From IMG/VR virus record IMGVR_UViG_3300028833_000120, positions 1 through 64,000 of that record: a stretch of DNA of 64,000 nt. One strand, written 5' to 3'. Positions 19,881 to 30,900 of the stretch are shown one piece after another. The position numbers and the translations under genes were made by a program. Within the stretch, counting starts at the first letter, position 1. Every line of letters starts with the position of its first letter. Source of the DNA: a virus (Duplodnaviria > Caudoviricetes). The notes beneath the pieces were generated by a model, which saw only the letters and a program-made list of their open reading frames with translations, did not search any database and was not told the origin of the DNA.

Positions 19881-20708
19881 TTATTTATGAAAAAGAATGT
19901 TATTCATTATATTGTCACTTAATTTTTGAATATATCTAATTTCATATGAACCGTCGTCTTTCAACCAGATAAGTCTTCTGTCGATGATTTTCAAACCGAC
20001 ACTTTCAAACATTTTCTGATATAAATTGAACTGAAGTGTATAATGTGACAACGCCGTATCTTGAAAATCACCCATAGGTGGTTTCATTCTGATGTCGTTT
20101 CTGACCGTGAAATCTTTTTCAAGCTCCTTGTTTGTTTTCCAGTCACCTATAACAAAACCACTCTCTTCGGGAAATATTTGATTTTCTTCATAGAAAAGAA
20201 TATCGGCCGTACCACATATCGGAAGTACATTATCCATATATTTTGTAGAAAGTTTAAACTCAGCACCAACCACATATAATCGTTTACATGGGTCAAAGTT
20301 CATCTCCCTGTAAAACTTCACAATAGCTTCCTCTTTCGGATATGTCGGAAGAAGGACTTTGTATTCTTCATCCCATTGTTTTTTGTTTGATTCACAGATA
20401 AGTTCCGGATGACCCGCCATAACATTTGTATAACTCTCTCCAAACTCATGTGTTCTCGAACCAGATATTGTTGATTTACGATTCAATAGTCTCCAATTTC
20501 TTAAAACATCATATTGTGTCAAACCAACTTTCTCTGCATATGCTCTCGATTTTACATCCTCATCAAATGGTTGCTCATATTTCTTGATGATATGGGAAAC
20601 CGGAGTGTACTCTTTTTTGTCGATGAAATATTGATGACTCTCTTCAATGAAATTGATGTCACCAAATTTTTCATTCAACAACTCTCTTGTTTCTTCTACT
20701 ATTTTCAT
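19881..20708 (-). CDS. PD-(D/E)xK exonuclease
   Basis: FIEESHQY, GSRTH, CGTAD, IGDWKT and YTLQFNLY motifs. Confidence 0.8.
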   Translation of the reverse strand: MKIVEETRELLNEKFGDINFIEESHQYFIDKKEYTPVSHIIKKYEQPFDEDVKSRAYAEKVGLTQYDVLRNWRLLNRKSTISGSRTHEFGESYTNVMAGHPELICESNKKQWDEEYKVLLPTYPKEEAIVKFYREMNFDPCKRLYVVGAEFKLSTKYMDNVLPICGTADILFYEENQIFPEESGFVIGDWKTNKELEKDFTVRNDIRMKPPMGDFQDTALSHYTLQFNLYQKMFESVGLKIIDRRLIWLKDDGSYEIRYIQKLSDNIMNNILFHK

Positions 20709-20983
20709 ATCTTTCCTATTACCATTTCTTTACTTATAACAACATATTCAATATCATCTACTTTGATGTATAATCCACCCATATCACAAAAAGCGATACG
20801 GTCTCCGACTTGATATTCATCATTAGGAACACCAATACTGTCTATTGTACCGGTATATGGTGGTGGAATTTCCATCATATTTTCAGATTTCAATGGTTCC
20901 GGAAGGATTATCCCTCCAGCAGATTTATATTCACCATGGTCTTTAATAACCATCATTACATCATTTACTGCAACAAGTCTCAT
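20705..20983 (-). CDS. groES: Co-chaperonin GroES
   Basis: KSAGGIILP mobile loop, VGDRI and YVVISKEMVIG. Confidence 0.85.
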   Translation of the reverse strand: MRLVAVNDVMMVIKDHGEYKSAGGIILPEPLKSENMMEIPPPYTGTIDSIGVPNDEYQVGDRIAFCDMGGLYIKVDDIEYVVISKEMVIGKI

Positions 20984-22032
20984 AGTTTTTCTTTATAGTT
21001 TGTATATAATTCCATTACTGTGTCGAATCTCTTTCCCTCGACATCGTTGTCTTTCAGCCATTCCTCTATATATTGTTCTTGTGTCTTTTTATCCACAGAA
21101 TTTTCATCTTCATTCAACGATACAATATCTTCGTTATTTTCAGAATGTATGTTAAACTCTTTGAACACTCCGTTCAACTCATTCATCAAATCATCAAACT
21201 TACATTGTATGACATCATTCCCGTTAATATGTAAATCGACAAAACAATTTCTCCACATATCCTTTAATTCACCAACTGTTTTGTCAAGTATCTCATATAT
21301 AGAGAACTTTTTAAATTTTGGTGAATATGTGTTTTCAAAAAATGTTGTCTCACCCGTTTTTACATCAAGTATGGTTATTCCGTTCATACCATCCATATCA
21401 CCACGTGTCATCTGATACGGTGTGCCAACATAATGAACATTTTTCATATCTTGTTTCTTATGAATATGACCGGCGTATACCACAGATTTCTTAAAATCTT
21501 TTGAATCTATTGCATTACTCGACATAGACTTAATACCACTTTTGTTCAACTGACAACCGGCAACATCTAAATGTCCAAAGATATAATCGACATCAACTGA
21601 CTCCAATAATTTTCTCTCAGTTTCCAATTCGTTAATCCAAGGATTGAATAAAACACTTTTTCCACTTATAACCTCAACCTCTGGTTTCTTATACACTGTA
21701 ACATTTGGTATATTCTCCAACATTCTTATTGATGTAATATCGTTTGACGATTTATTGTAAATATCGTGATTTCCGACCACAATACGAATATCATCAAATA
21801 TTTTAGACAAACTATTGAATATATCAATTGTTCTGCACATCGTATTAAGACCAACTGTACTTCTATTATCAAATACATCACCAAGATGGACAAGTATATC
21901 ACCATCCTTATGTTCTTTCTTCATCAAAGGAATAACGACATCATTGAAATATCTTGTAAAATCGTTCAACCAATTCTCATTGTCGTTTTTCACACCAAAA
22001 TGTGTATCTGCTAAAAACCATATTCTACTCAT
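20980..22032 (-). CDS. gp47: Mre11/SbcD-like nuclease (T4 gp47-like)
   Basis: ADTHFG, LGDVFD, GNHD, FGH and GHIH phosphoesterase motifs; start at MSRIW just after the promoter. Confidence 0.88.
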   Translation of the reverse strand: MSRIWFLADTHFGVKNDNENWLNDFTRYFNDVVIPLMKKEHKDGDILVHLGDVFDNRSTVGLNTMCRTIDIFNSLSKIFDDIRIVVGNHDIYNKSSNDITSIRMLENIPNVTVYKKPEVEVISGKSVLFNPWINELETERKLLESVDVDYIFGHLDVAGCQLNKSGIKSMSSNAIDSKDFKKSVVYAGHIHKKQDMKNVHYVGTPYQMTRGDMDGMNGITILDVKTGETTFFENTYSPKFKKFSIYEILDKTVGELKDMWRNCFVDLHINGNDVIQCKFDDLMNELNGVFKEFNIHSENNEDIVSLNEDENSVDKKTQEQYIEEWLKDNDVEGKRFDTVMELYTNYKEKL

Positions 22033-22112
22033 ATTTAAAATATAACAAAAATAAAAAAGGTGTGATTCTTTTTTCACACCTTTCTAAAAAAACAATATGA
22101 ACTTTTACAGTA

Positions 22113-22994
22113 TTAAGAAAACATAATCGGACCAATGACAACACTTGTTTTCACACAATTTTCTTCATCAAACGAAGAAAACTTTATTCTGTTACTATGA
22201 AACTCAATAGTATACAATTTGTCATTGTCAATGTACGAGAAATGTTGCTTATTGAAGCAGCCAAGGAACGAATCACTTCCACTGAAGTTTTCATAGCCTA
22301 TATTACTCAATCTCTTGTTATATACCTTTTCGTAGTCTACGAACTCCTTAAATGCACCCTCATCACCTTCACGATAACGATTGATAATTTCGTTTATCTC
22401 AGAACGAACATTTTCGTCGGTAGGTTCGATTTCGGAAACAAACACATCATCACCATTTTTATAGAAGAATACACGAGCAAACTCCTTATATAGACTGAAA
22501 AGGTTTTGTATATACTTAAACTCATTCTCATTAATATCAATTGAGAATTGTAAATTTGACGTATTCTCGAAAACGTTTTTCTTTTTGTCTTCCTCCATTG
22601 TAAGAAAATCAACTGCCTCTGGGTCTGCACAAACCACATTCAACTCGAATCCGTCTGTGTGGATTGACATCTTCTTTGCAAAGTTGTTGTCTTCAACATA
22701 GAATGTGATATTGACATTTTCGGAACCAATGAGTGGAAGGGCGGAGATAATCTTACTGGCATCACCGAACTGAATCTTCACACACTCATCATCACACTCG
22801 TTTTCATAACTTTCACAAATCTTTTCCAAATCTGACTCAACAGCCTTGACGGCGGTTTTTTGTTTGTTATAGGCGATAGATTCATACTCACTACCCCTAA
22901 CTGTGACGAACATCATTCTGTCCATACTCGAACTTCTCTTGACGAGATTAAGGAAACGCTTGGTTTCCACATTTTTTAGTGAAATCTTTCTCAT
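22113..22994 (-). CDS. Probable sliding clamp (gp45-like)
   Basis: 293-aa acidic alpha/beta protein next to gp47 under an early promoter; no diagnostic motif, inferred from size and context. Confidence 0.45.
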   Translation of the reverse strand: MRKISLKNVETKRFLNLVKRSSSMDRMMFVTVRGSEYESIAYNKQKTAVKAVESDLEKICESYENECDDECVKIQFGDASKIISALPLIGSENVNITFYVEDNNFAKKMSIHTDGFELNVVCADPEAVDFLTMEEDKKKNVFENTSNLQFSIDINENEFKYIQNLFSLYKEFARVFFYKNGDDVFVSEIEPTDENVRSEINEIINRYREGDEGAFKEFVDYEKVYNKRLSNIGYENFSGSDSFLGCFNKQHFSYIDNDKLYTIEFHSNRIKFSSFDEENCVKTSVVIGPIMFS

Positions 22995-23046
22995 AAAATA
23001 AAACTAAATTAAAAATTAACTTCTTGAATTAAATATAACAAAAAAA

Positions 23047-23814
23047 TTACCACAATGGGAACATTTTTTCATTTTTTATTTTTTCAATCCTCTTATTTGC
23101 AGTATTACAATATTCCGTGCTTATTTCTGCACCGATATATTTCCTATCTAAATTTTCACATACACAGCAAGTTGTTCCAACACCGGAAAACGGGTCAAAC
23201 ACAACATCACCTTTATATGTAAAAAGTTTCAAAATTCTTTCAACCAATTCTTCTGGAAACATCGCCGGATGACCAAATTCTTTCATTCTTTTTTCAGGAG
23301 GTATCACCCACTTGGCCGTAGTGTATAACTTGAACTCCTCACCGGTTATGTCTATATTTTCTTTTAGTCCTTTATGTTTCGGAGAGTTTTTATAGAAGTA
23401 TTCAACATATTCCCATGTGTATTTCAAATATGGTTGTGACGGACTCTTCCAACTACCCCATGTTGTATATGCACAATTATAGTTATTCTTCTCCCAAAGT
23501 ATCTCACCTCCCCAAGTAAGTCCAAGTTCGGTAAGAATTTTTGTAACGATATGATGTGTCGGATAGTTATTTGTAAAAACCGGTTGCACATTGACAAACA
23601 TTCTTCCACCATCCTTTAAAACTCTAACACACCCTTTGAATATATTCGTTAAAAACTCCTCATATTTCTCAGGTTGAAACTTATCGTCATAATTATTATA
23701 TTCCTTTTGGAACATATATGGTGGACTTGTAATGATACAATCGACAGACGAGTCACACATTTTTTCAATAATTGTGATACAATCCTCGTTATATATTTTA
23801 TTAAGTTCTATCAT
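23047..23814 (-). CDS. Beta-class N4C/N6A DNA methyltransferase
   Basis: TSPPY, HPAMFP and FDPFSGVGTT. Confidence 0.92.
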   Translation of the reverse strand: MIELNKIYNEDCITIIEKMCDSSVDCIITSPPYMFQKEYNNYDDKFQPEKYEEFLTNIFKGCVRVLKDGGRMFVNVQPVFTNNYPTHHIVTKILTELGLTWGGEILWEKNNYNCAYTTWGSWKSPSQPYLKYTWEYVEYFYKNSPKHKGLKENIDITGEEFKLYTTAKWVIPPEKRMKEFGHPAMFPEELVERILKLFTYKGDVVFDPFSGVGTTCCVCENLDRKYIGAEISTEYCNTANKRIEKIKNEKMFPLW

Positions 23815-23861
23815 ATATTAAATATAACAAAAAAGGAGAGATTTTTAAATCTCTCCTTTTT

Positions 23862-25970
23862 TTAAGACATGCTTCTTTTTGAATCAATAAGCGTTTTTTG
23901 AAGAATTAACATCTTCCACATTTTTTCACTATTTTCACTGCTCCCAATATATTTTCTCAAAGTTGTTATTGTTCTAAATACAACTTTTCCGTATATTTCC
24001 GTCTCAGTATTATACTTTCCATCAACAATATCTTCCATATAACTCATAACATTATCAATGTCTGAACCTTCGGCCTTTCCTTTTTTTGGAAGAATTCTCA
24101 TTTCGTCTGGAAGTTCTTCATTATTTATATCATCATATATCTTTCTTTTAATCCATTCCCAAACAACTCTTTGTGTTGGACTTATATCAATAACAGTCAA
24201 ACGTGAAGAAAGTGCTCCCCAATGAGGGGCAATAAGTCTACTGTTTGAAAACTTTTCTATTGGTTTATTACTTACAAAAACTATAAAACCATTAAAAATA
24301 AACTGATTAGGAATAAGGGCACGTTGTTTTTGTTCAGCATATTTCTCAAAATTCTGTTCTGCTTGCAATCTCAAAGCGGCAGCACTCATTCCTGAATATT
24401 CTGGGTCTTTTTTCGTTTTTGCTTCATCTTCAGCTGTAAGTTTCTTTATTTCTTTTTTAATCCATATTCCTCTATCATACTCAGATATTGAACCAACTTC
24501 TAAATAATATCTTTCACGTCTAGATAATCTTTCACCCATAACGTCGTAAAATTCAGATTTTTGGTCTCCAGCATTAAGACCTCTTGCTGTTGGAGCAGTA
24601 AGTTTTCTCTCCTTTTCCGTTTCAGATGTTGCTTTCTTGAAAAGAGAAATCTTATCATCATCATCCCATATATTTGGAGTGTCGTCATATATAAGTACCA
24701 TATTATTAAACCTATATAGGTTTTTATATACAGCTTGTGGTGTTGATACTGCACCTATACTAATATAATGAATACCTTCTATTGCACCAGTATTTTTAAT
24801 TGCTTTTTCTATACCGACAGATTTACCAATACCAGCAGTACCTGTGACAAGGATACCTCTTGTAAGTGCCATAATACCTTCAAGTTTTTCGGTAGACCCT
24901 TCTTTACCGCCTTTCTTAACGTATTCTAACATTGCTTCAACAGACCGTCTTTCAAATTCCATACGTTCTTCCAAATCATCAATTTTTTCATTGATGACAC
25001 TTTCAGCCTCTCTAACATCCCAAAGACCATGTTCATTGATATATGTTGACAATCTACCACTCTTTCCTGCATTAAAAAACCACAAATCTTTCAATTCTTG
25101 TGCCTTATCATCAGTAAGACCATGTGTTGTTCCACACAATGCCATATGTACAAGTGTAATTGTTCTATGTCCATTTGTACTATCCAAATCGCCGGTAGAT
25201 GTAATGAATAAAGCTCTCTGAACTTGATAAAGGTCTTCCGTTTCATCAAAAAAATCAGTAGTCATTATTTTAAGAATATCTGGGTCATCATATTTCTCAA
25301 AAAGTTTTAAAAATTCATTTGCAGATTCTCTTGAAATAGTGGTATCATCAGTCTCTCTTGTTCTTGAAGACTTACTTACCAATTTTCCCATAAAGGCGGC
25401 TGTGATTTTTTTAGGAGAACCGTCTGAAATTTTTGTAACAGGTGATATTCCTATTTCCGCCTTCGGTGTAACTTCTCTTGCTTCAGATATAGGTGAATAT
25501 TTGTTATTTATAACATTAAGTGTAGATATAAGTGTTCTTATCATCGACAACCAACCAAATTTTTTTGTAGATACAGAAAACACCGATTTAGCGTTACTAT
25601 TTTCAAGTGGGTCTTCATTAAAGAAAATTATCACTTTATCGATACCACTTTTCGACAACACCAAATAAAATTCATCACAATATATCATTGTAGCCTTTTT
25701 TCCATTAGCTGTGATTATATATGGATGAACATTCCAATCAATATTATCAAAATTATTCTTAAGATGTTTTAAAATAATAGATGTTGCCTTCAACAAATAC
25801 CTATTATCTGAAACAAATTCCGGTTTATCAAAGTCTTCTTCTGTATTGAAAACATCACCAATATTACTACCATTACCATCTATACCTGGTACATAAACAC
25901 CAGGTATACTATTTTCAAATAACGAAGTATAACCAGATTTTTTCAAAAATTCATTAAAACTTTCAATCAT
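23862..25970 (-). CDS. P-loop/AAA-like ATPase, late gene with capsid-targeting-like N-terminus
   Basis: GTAGIGKS, VLIYDD, FVSN and ALSSR; N-terminus MIESFNEFLKK; CATAAATA at 26000-26007. Confidence 0.75.
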   Translation of the reverse strand: MIESFNEFLKKSGYTSLFENSIPGVYVPGIDGNGSNIGDVFNTEEDFDKPEFVSDNRYLLKATSIILKHLKNNFDNIDWNVHPYIITANGKKATMIYCDEFYLVLSKSGIDKVIIFFNEDPLENSNAKSVFSVSTKKFGWLSMIRTLISTLNVINNKYSPISEAREVTPKAEIGISPVTKISDGSPKKITAAFMGKLVSKSSRTRETDDTTISRESANEFLKLFEKYDDPDILKIMTTDFFDETEDLYQVQRALFITSTGDLDSTNGHRTITLVHMALCGTTHGLTDDKAQELKDLWFFNAGKSGRLSTYINEHGLWDVREAESVINEKIDDLEERMEFERRSVEAMLEYVKKGGKEGSTEKLEGIMALTRGILVTGTAGIGKSVGIEKAIKNTGAIEGIHYISIGAVSTPQAVYKNLYRFNNMVLIYDDTPNIWDDDDKISLFKKATSETEKERKLTAPTARGLNAGDQKSEFYDVMGERLSRRERYYLEVGSISEYDRGIWIKKEIKKLTAEDEAKTKKDPEYSGMSAAALRLQAEQNFEKYAEQKQRALIPNQFIFNGFIVFVSNKPIEKFSNSRLIAPHWGALSSRLTVIDISPTQRVVWEWIKRKIYDDINNEELPDEMRILPKKGKAEGSDIDNVMSYMEDIVDGKYNTETEIYGKVVFRTITTLRKYIGSSENSEKMWKMLILQKTLIDSKRSMS

Positions 25971-26040
25971 ATTTTTTGTTTATATTATATTATTTAAAGT
26001 ATTTATGAAAAAAGAAAAAGGAGGATAAACCTCCTTTTAA

Positions 26041-26910
26041 TCACCACAAACCATTATCATTGTTATAGTTTAAGTAAAGACTCTCATATACGATTGCATT
26101 TTTATCTTTACCGGTTGTTCTTTTGAAAGATGAGTTTCCACTTTTGATATAAAGATGTCTTCTGTAACACTTTTCTGGTACAGAGTATGTGTTGTCAATA
26201 TCACCGGATTTCCCATCAAATGAAAGTGCAAACTTCACATTCATTTTCGAAACATTTTCAAGAAAAACAAAGAACGACTCAAAGTCTATCCCTCCGAAAT
26301 ACATTCCCTTGGTGTTGAAATACGGTGGGTCCATATAAATGAAATCACCTTCTTTTATTTCATCAAGTATTTCTTCATAGGAACGATGTACAAACTCGAC
26401 GTTATTTTTTCTCAATTTGTCACTCCATTCATTTAATATGGGTTTCAACAATTCTGGTTTGATTCCATTTCTTGTTATGTGAAAACTATTGTTGAACTCA
26501 CCCATCTGATTATATCTCGGCATACCGTTTGTGGTTGTTCTCATTATGAAGAAAAACACAAGTGGGTCGTGGTTCTCGTTGTATATCTTCCTTTGTTCCT
26601 CAAAAAATTTCCTCTTACGGTCTATATCGTTGTCTTTGTTCAACTCTTCCCACAGTTTCACATAAGACTCATATATCTCATCCGGTGAATGCTTTACTTT
26701 TTTCCACAATTCAATAAGGTCTTGGTTTATGTCAGAACACACATATCTCTTCACAAATATTCCAGAGTTAATCAAACCCATAAGCATCGAACAACCACCA
26801 CAGAAAGGCTCGTAGTATGTGTCGATTGTCTGTGGGAAATACCCAAGAATATCTTCACACTGACTTCTTTTTGAACCACTCCACTTTATAACCGGTTGAA
26901 ACTTAACCAT
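26041..26910 (-). CDS. D12-class (Dam-like) N6-adenine methyltransferase, paralogue of 8625
   Basis: IKWSGSKR, YYEPFCGGCSM and YMDPPY. Confidence 0.9.
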   Translation of the reverse strand: MVKFQPVIKWSGSKRSQCEDILGYFPQTIDTYYEPFCGGCSMLMGLINSGIFVKRYVCSDINQDLIELWKKVKHSPDEIYESYVKLWEELNKDNDIDRKRKFFEEQRKIYNENHDPLVFFFIMRTTTNGMPRYNQMGEFNNSFHITRNGIKPELLKPILNEWSDKLRKNNVEFVHRSYEEILDEIKEGDFIYMDPPYFNTKGMYFGGIDFESFFVFLENVSKMNVKFALSFDGKSGDIDNTYSVPEKCYRRHLYIKSGNSSFKRTTGKDKNAIVYESLYLNYNNDNGLW

Positions 26911-26913
26911 ATC

Positions 26914-27660
26914 TTAAATTCCTATTCTTTTTTCTGCAATATCGAAATATTTTTTATTCAATTCTATTCCAATAAAATCCCTGTTCAAATTTCTGCAAGC
27001 GACTCCAGTGGTACCGCTACCCATAGTCATATCCATAACCAAATCACCCTCTTTTGTGTATGTTTTTACAAGATATTCGAGAAGAGCGATGGGTTTCTGT
27101 GTTGGATGCAAATGTGACTTGTCTGTATTGAACTCAAGTATATTGTATGGATATCTCAACGAAGTATCCCTGTCTTTGTGTCTGTATACACCGTTCTTGT
27201 GGTTTTCTGCAAATATCGAAGTTGTTTTACTCTCTTTCGGAAGAGTATATTTTTCACCTTTTATCATCTGTGGATAATAAGGCATTTTCTTCTCACCATA
27301 TCTTGCATAACCGTTTGAAAAAACAGAAATGATTTCTATATTGTTCAACGGTTGGTATGGCGCTTGTGGAAAATTTGACTTCGTGTCTTTTTTCCAAATC
27401 CAGTCATACTTGAACTCATCGACATTTGACATTCTCAACATAGACGAAAACGGTTCCTTACCAAACAGTATAATGGGAATGTAATCTTTACGTAGTTGTT
27501 TTATACACCCCCACAATTCGTCAAACGGAATCACAAAATCCCATTTTTTGCATCGACTTGTACCATAAGGCAAATCACATATAACTGCATCAACTTTCAC
27601 ACCCCATTCAATAAGTTTGTGCATAATATCTATACAATCACCATTATACAGTTCAAACAT
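26914..27660 (-). CDS. Beta-class DNA methyltransferase
   Basis: CDLPY, HPTQKP and DMTMGSGTT. Confidence 0.9.
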   Translation of the reverse strand: MFELYNGDCIDIMHKLIEWGVKVDAVICDLPYGTSRCKKWDFVIPFDELWGCIKQLRKDYIPIILFGKEPFSSMLRMSNVDEFKYDWIWKKDTKSNFPQAPYQPLNNIEIISVFSNGYARYGEKKMPYYPQMIKGEKYTLPKESKTTSIFAENHKNGVYRHKDRDTSLRYPYNILEFNTDKSHLHPTQKPIALLEYLVKTYTKEGDLVMDMTMGSGTTGVACRNLNRDFIGIELNKKYFDIAEKRIGI

Positions 27661-27661
27661 A

Positions 27662-28396
27662 CTAAAAAAGTTTTATTGTATTTTCCACCTCATTCATTCT
27701 TTGTTCGACAATCTTAAAATAACCACAATCCAATTCAATACCTATAAAGTTACGGTTTGTATTGACACAGGCTACGCCGGTTGAACCACTACCCATTGTA
27801 TTATCAAGAACCGTTTCTCCTTCATTGGTATATGTCTTTATAAGATACTCCAAAAGGTCTACCGGTTTCTCATTCGGATGTTGTTTGCTGTAATTATCAA
27901 CACACTTGTATTCAAGGAGATTGTTCGGATACCTTGTTGTATCTCCACCCTCATAATTCCTCTTGTTTCCACCATAATAGATTTTACCGTTGGAACAACC
28001 CTTTGCACTGTTTGTCGGGATATGTCCATCGGACTTTTGTGGGTAATATTCGTGTTTGTAGAAAACACATATTTCCTCTATCTTTCTCAACGGCATCCGT
28101 TTGGCGTGGAAAAAATTTGTCGTCTGGTTTTTTGACCAATACCAGCAATATTTGAAATTTTTTATATTCGAATTTATGAGTTTTGTTGTAAATGGTTGTG
28201 ACGAAAACAACACAACCGGACAATCGTCCTTTCTTACCCTCTTATAATGATTCCACAACAAGTCAAGGTTTATCTCTTTATCCCACTCTTGTGCAGTGCA
28301 GTTATATGGAAGGTCACACAGAATCATATCAATGGATTTGTCTTGAATGCTATTCATAACATCAAAACAATCACTATTAAATAACCTTGTACTCAT
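27662..28396 (-). CDS. Beta-class DNA methyltransferase
   Basis: CDLPY, HPNEKP and DNTMGSGST. Confidence 0.9.
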   Translation of the reverse strand: MSTRLFNSDCFDVMNSIQDKSIDMILCDLPYNCTAQEWDKEINLDLLWNHYKRVRKDDCPVVLFSSQPFTTKLINSNIKNFKYCWYWSKNQTTNFFHAKRMPLRKIEEICVFYKHEYYPQKSDGHIPTNSAKGCSNGKIYYGGNKRNYEGGDTTRYPNNLLEYKCVDNYSKQHPNEKPVDLLEYLIKTYTNEGETVLDNTMGSGSTGVACVNTNRNFIGIELDCGYFKIVEQRMNEVENTIKLF

Positions 28397-28616
28397 TATT
28401 CAAATATAAGTATTCTACTTTACATTTTTCACAAGTTTCCCATTTAATCCATTCGAGTGCCTTTTCAAATGTGTCAAATTCAACATAGTCACTCCATTCA
28501 CCAATATATCCAAAATAATGCCACCAACTCCACCAATGCTTATGTTGTGGGAAATAAGTAACCGAAATCTTTCCGTCGATTCCCTTTGATTTTACTTTCT
28601 TAATTCTATATTTCAT
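28377..28616 (-). CDS. Small Trp-rich hypothetical protein inside the MTase array
   Basis: MKYRIKK...YFPQHKHWWSWWHY; ATG directly after the preceding stop. Confidence 0.65.
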   Translation of the reverse strand: MKYRIKKVKSKGIDGKISVTYFPQHKHWWSWWHYFGYIGEWSDYVEFDTFEKALEWIKWETCEKCKVEYLYLNNEYKVI

Positions 28617-28617
28617 A

Positions 28618-29367
28618 CTAAAATAAAGTTTTATTATTCGACTCAGCTTCAATTATTCTCAGTTTTGCAATCTTGAAAAACCTTTCCTCGATTTCAAATC
28701 CTATAAATTTTCTGTTTGTATTGATGCAAGCGACAGCGGTCGTTCCACTACCTATACAATTGTCCAACACCAATCCACCTTCCGGACAATACGACTTCAC
28801 CAAAAATTCAATCAACTCAACCGGTTTCTGTGTAGGATGTATCTGGTCCTGTCTTCTCCATTTTTGTGGAAAGTCTAAAACCGTGATTGGATGACGTGTT
28901 CCTTTGTTGTCAGTCTCGACACCTTTTATCCCATATCCAAGATTATTCACTTTGTTTGGAGTATACTTTCTTTTATATGGAGTTCCTTTTGACATCTGTG
29001 GTTCATAGTATGCTGCCGACTCACCGAATACAAGTATCATCTCGTGTTTCTTTAACGGCATATACTTTGCCGTAAGAGGAGACCCACACTTCGATTTCTT
29101 CCAAACCATATCATATCTGAAAAGTTTCTCATTTGAGATGGCAAGTTTAAATGCAAAAAGACCGGAACCGAAAAGAATGATATTTCCTTTCGGTTTGATT
29201 ATCCTCTCATATTGTCCCCACAACTTATCGACTGGGAGTTGAACATCCCAATTCATTGATGTTGATTGATAAGGTGGGTCACAAATGATACAGTCAACAG
29301 AATGGTCGTCAATCTTCTTCATCCCTTCAAGACAATCCTCGTTATATATTTTATTAATTTCTAACAT
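28618..29367 (-). CDS. Beta-class DNA methyltransferase
   Basis: CDPPY, HPTQKP and DNCIGSGTT. Confidence 0.92.
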   Translation of the reverse strand: MLEINKIYNEDCLEGMKKIDDHSVDCIICDPPYQSTSMNWDVQLPVDKLWGQYERIIKPKGNIILFGSGLFAFKLAISNEKLFRYDMVWKKSKCGSPLTAKYMPLKKHEMILVFGESAAYYEPQMSKGTPYKRKYTPNKVNNLGYGIKGVETDNKGTRHPITVLDFPQKWRRQDQIHPTQKPVELIEFLVKSYCPEGGLVLDNCIGSGTTAVACINTNRKFIGFEIEERFFKIAKLRIIEAESNNKTLF

Positions 29368-30151
29368 ATTAAAATAAACTATATTCTTTTTCTTGCAATT
29401 CTTCTTTTATTCTCTTACAAGATTTATCATAATATTCTTTGTTCAATTCAAATCCGATAAAATTTCTATTTTCTCTTATACAAGCGATAGCAGTTGTACC
29501 AGACCCCATGCAGTTGTCAAGAACCAAATCATCCTCGTTTGTATATGTACGAACCAAATATGCAACAAGGTCAACTGGTTTCTGTGTCGGATGGATTTTA
29601 GATTTATCACGATTATACTTCAGTATAGATGTCGGGTATCTATCTCCATTATTGACAGTTATAGTTTCTTTATTGTTCTTATAGTCATAATTTGTTCCGA
29701 CACCACCTTGTTTGCATATATAAGGTTTTCCCGTTCCCATCTGTGGGTGGTATGTCATTGCATCATCAGAATTTTTCACAAAACAAGCAGCCTTTTTGGA
29801 AAACACAAGTATATTCTCATGCTTCTTCAATGGGGCAAAATTACTGTTAAGATGACCTGTTCCGGAATCTTTTTCCCATATCCACTCATATTTCAACATC
29901 TCAATATTACTTGCACCAAGTATTTTATCGAAAGGAGTCTGGGCAAACAACACAATTGCTCCAGCTGGTTTTATGATACGTTTATATTCAGTCCATAAAG
30001 AATCGAGTGGTATGACACTATCCCAACTATTCTTTGTTGTCCCATAAGGTAAATCACAAATGATACAATCAATTGATTCATCATCTATCTTCTTCATCCC
30101 TTCAAGACAATCCTCGTTATATATTTTATTGATTTCTAACATATTAAAATA
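29312..30151. repeat. 65-bp direct repeat (29312-29376 and 30087-30151, one mismatch) spanning MTase gene junctions
   Basis: ATCTTCTTCATCCCTTCAAGACAATCCTCGTTATATATTTTATT(A/G)ATTTCTAACATATTAAAATA. Confidence 0.85.
29369..30142 (-). CDS. Beta-class DNA methyltransferase
   Basis: CDLPY, HPTQKP and DNCMGSGTT. Confidence 0.92.
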   Translation of the reverse strand: MLEINKIYNEDCLEGMKKIDDESIDCIICDLPYGTTKNSWDSVIPLDSLWTEYKRIIKPAGAIVLFAQTPFDKILGASNIEMLKYEWIWEKDSGTGHLNSNFAPLKKHENILVFSKKAACFVKNSDDAMTYHPQMGTGKPYICKQGGVGTNYDYKNNKETITVNNGDRYPTSILKYNRDKSKIHPTQKPVDLVAYLVRTYTNEDDLVLDNCMGSGTTAIACIRENRNFIGFELNKEYYDKSCKRIKEELQEKEYSLF

Positions 30152-30884
30152 CTTTTACTTCATTTTGTACTTCTGAAATTCTTCTTTTTGCAATATCGTA
30201 AAATCCTTTGTCTATTTCAAATCCTATGAAATCACGACCGAGATTGAGACAAGCGACACCGGTACTTCCACTACCCATACAACCGTCGAGTACAACATCA
30301 CCTTCGTTTGTTGATATGAATACAATCCTCTCCATCAGTAAAACTGGTTTCTGTGTCGGGTGGTTTGTCTTTTCCTTTGAGTTGTGTGGAAGTGCCGGTA
30401 TATCAGTCCATACATCCGACAGACTAACTCCGTCTTTCAACATACCTTCGGTGTATTCCTTTCTTTTTGTATCTGGTTTCACCTTTATATTATTAAAAAC
30501 CGGTTCGCCTCCAGATTTGGAATAATAAGCAATCGGTTCGTAACCGGAAGCGAGGGAGTGACCCCTCGTATTGTTGAAACCTCTTTTCCTTGCCCAGATG
30601 ATTATCCTTTTCTCAATCAGATATTTATCAAGCATGTTGCATATTTTCCTATTCATTTGTCTTGATGTGAAAAGAAAGATGTTTCCACCGGGTTTCAATA
30701 CACGAACATACTGCACAATCAAAGACTCAACCCATTCAAGATAACCTTGTTCTGACGACCATTGGTTATCAAACTCCGCCTCAACAACACCAAAATAGGG
30801 CAAATCACAGATAATACAATCTATCGAACAATCTTTTATTTTGTTACGTATTCCGTCGACACAATCTTCATTATACAATTCCAT
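30144..30884 (-). CDS. Beta-class DNA methyltransferase (first gene of the MTase operon)
   Basis: CDLPY, HPTQKP and DGCMGSGST. Confidence 0.9.
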   Translation of the reverse strand: MELYNEDCVDGIRNKIKDCSIDCIICDLPYFGVVEAEFDNQWSSEQGYLEWVESLIVQYVRVLKPGGNIFLFTSRQMNRKICNMLDKYLIEKRIIIWARKRGFNNTRGHSLASGYEPIAYYSKSGGEPVFNNIKVKPDTKRKEYTEGMLKDGVSLSDVWTDIPALPHNSKEKTNHPTQKPVLLMERIVFISTNEGDVVLDGCMGSGSTGVACLNLGRDFIGFEIDKGFYDIAKRRISEVQNEVKVF

Positions 30885-30900
30885 ACACTAAATATAACAA

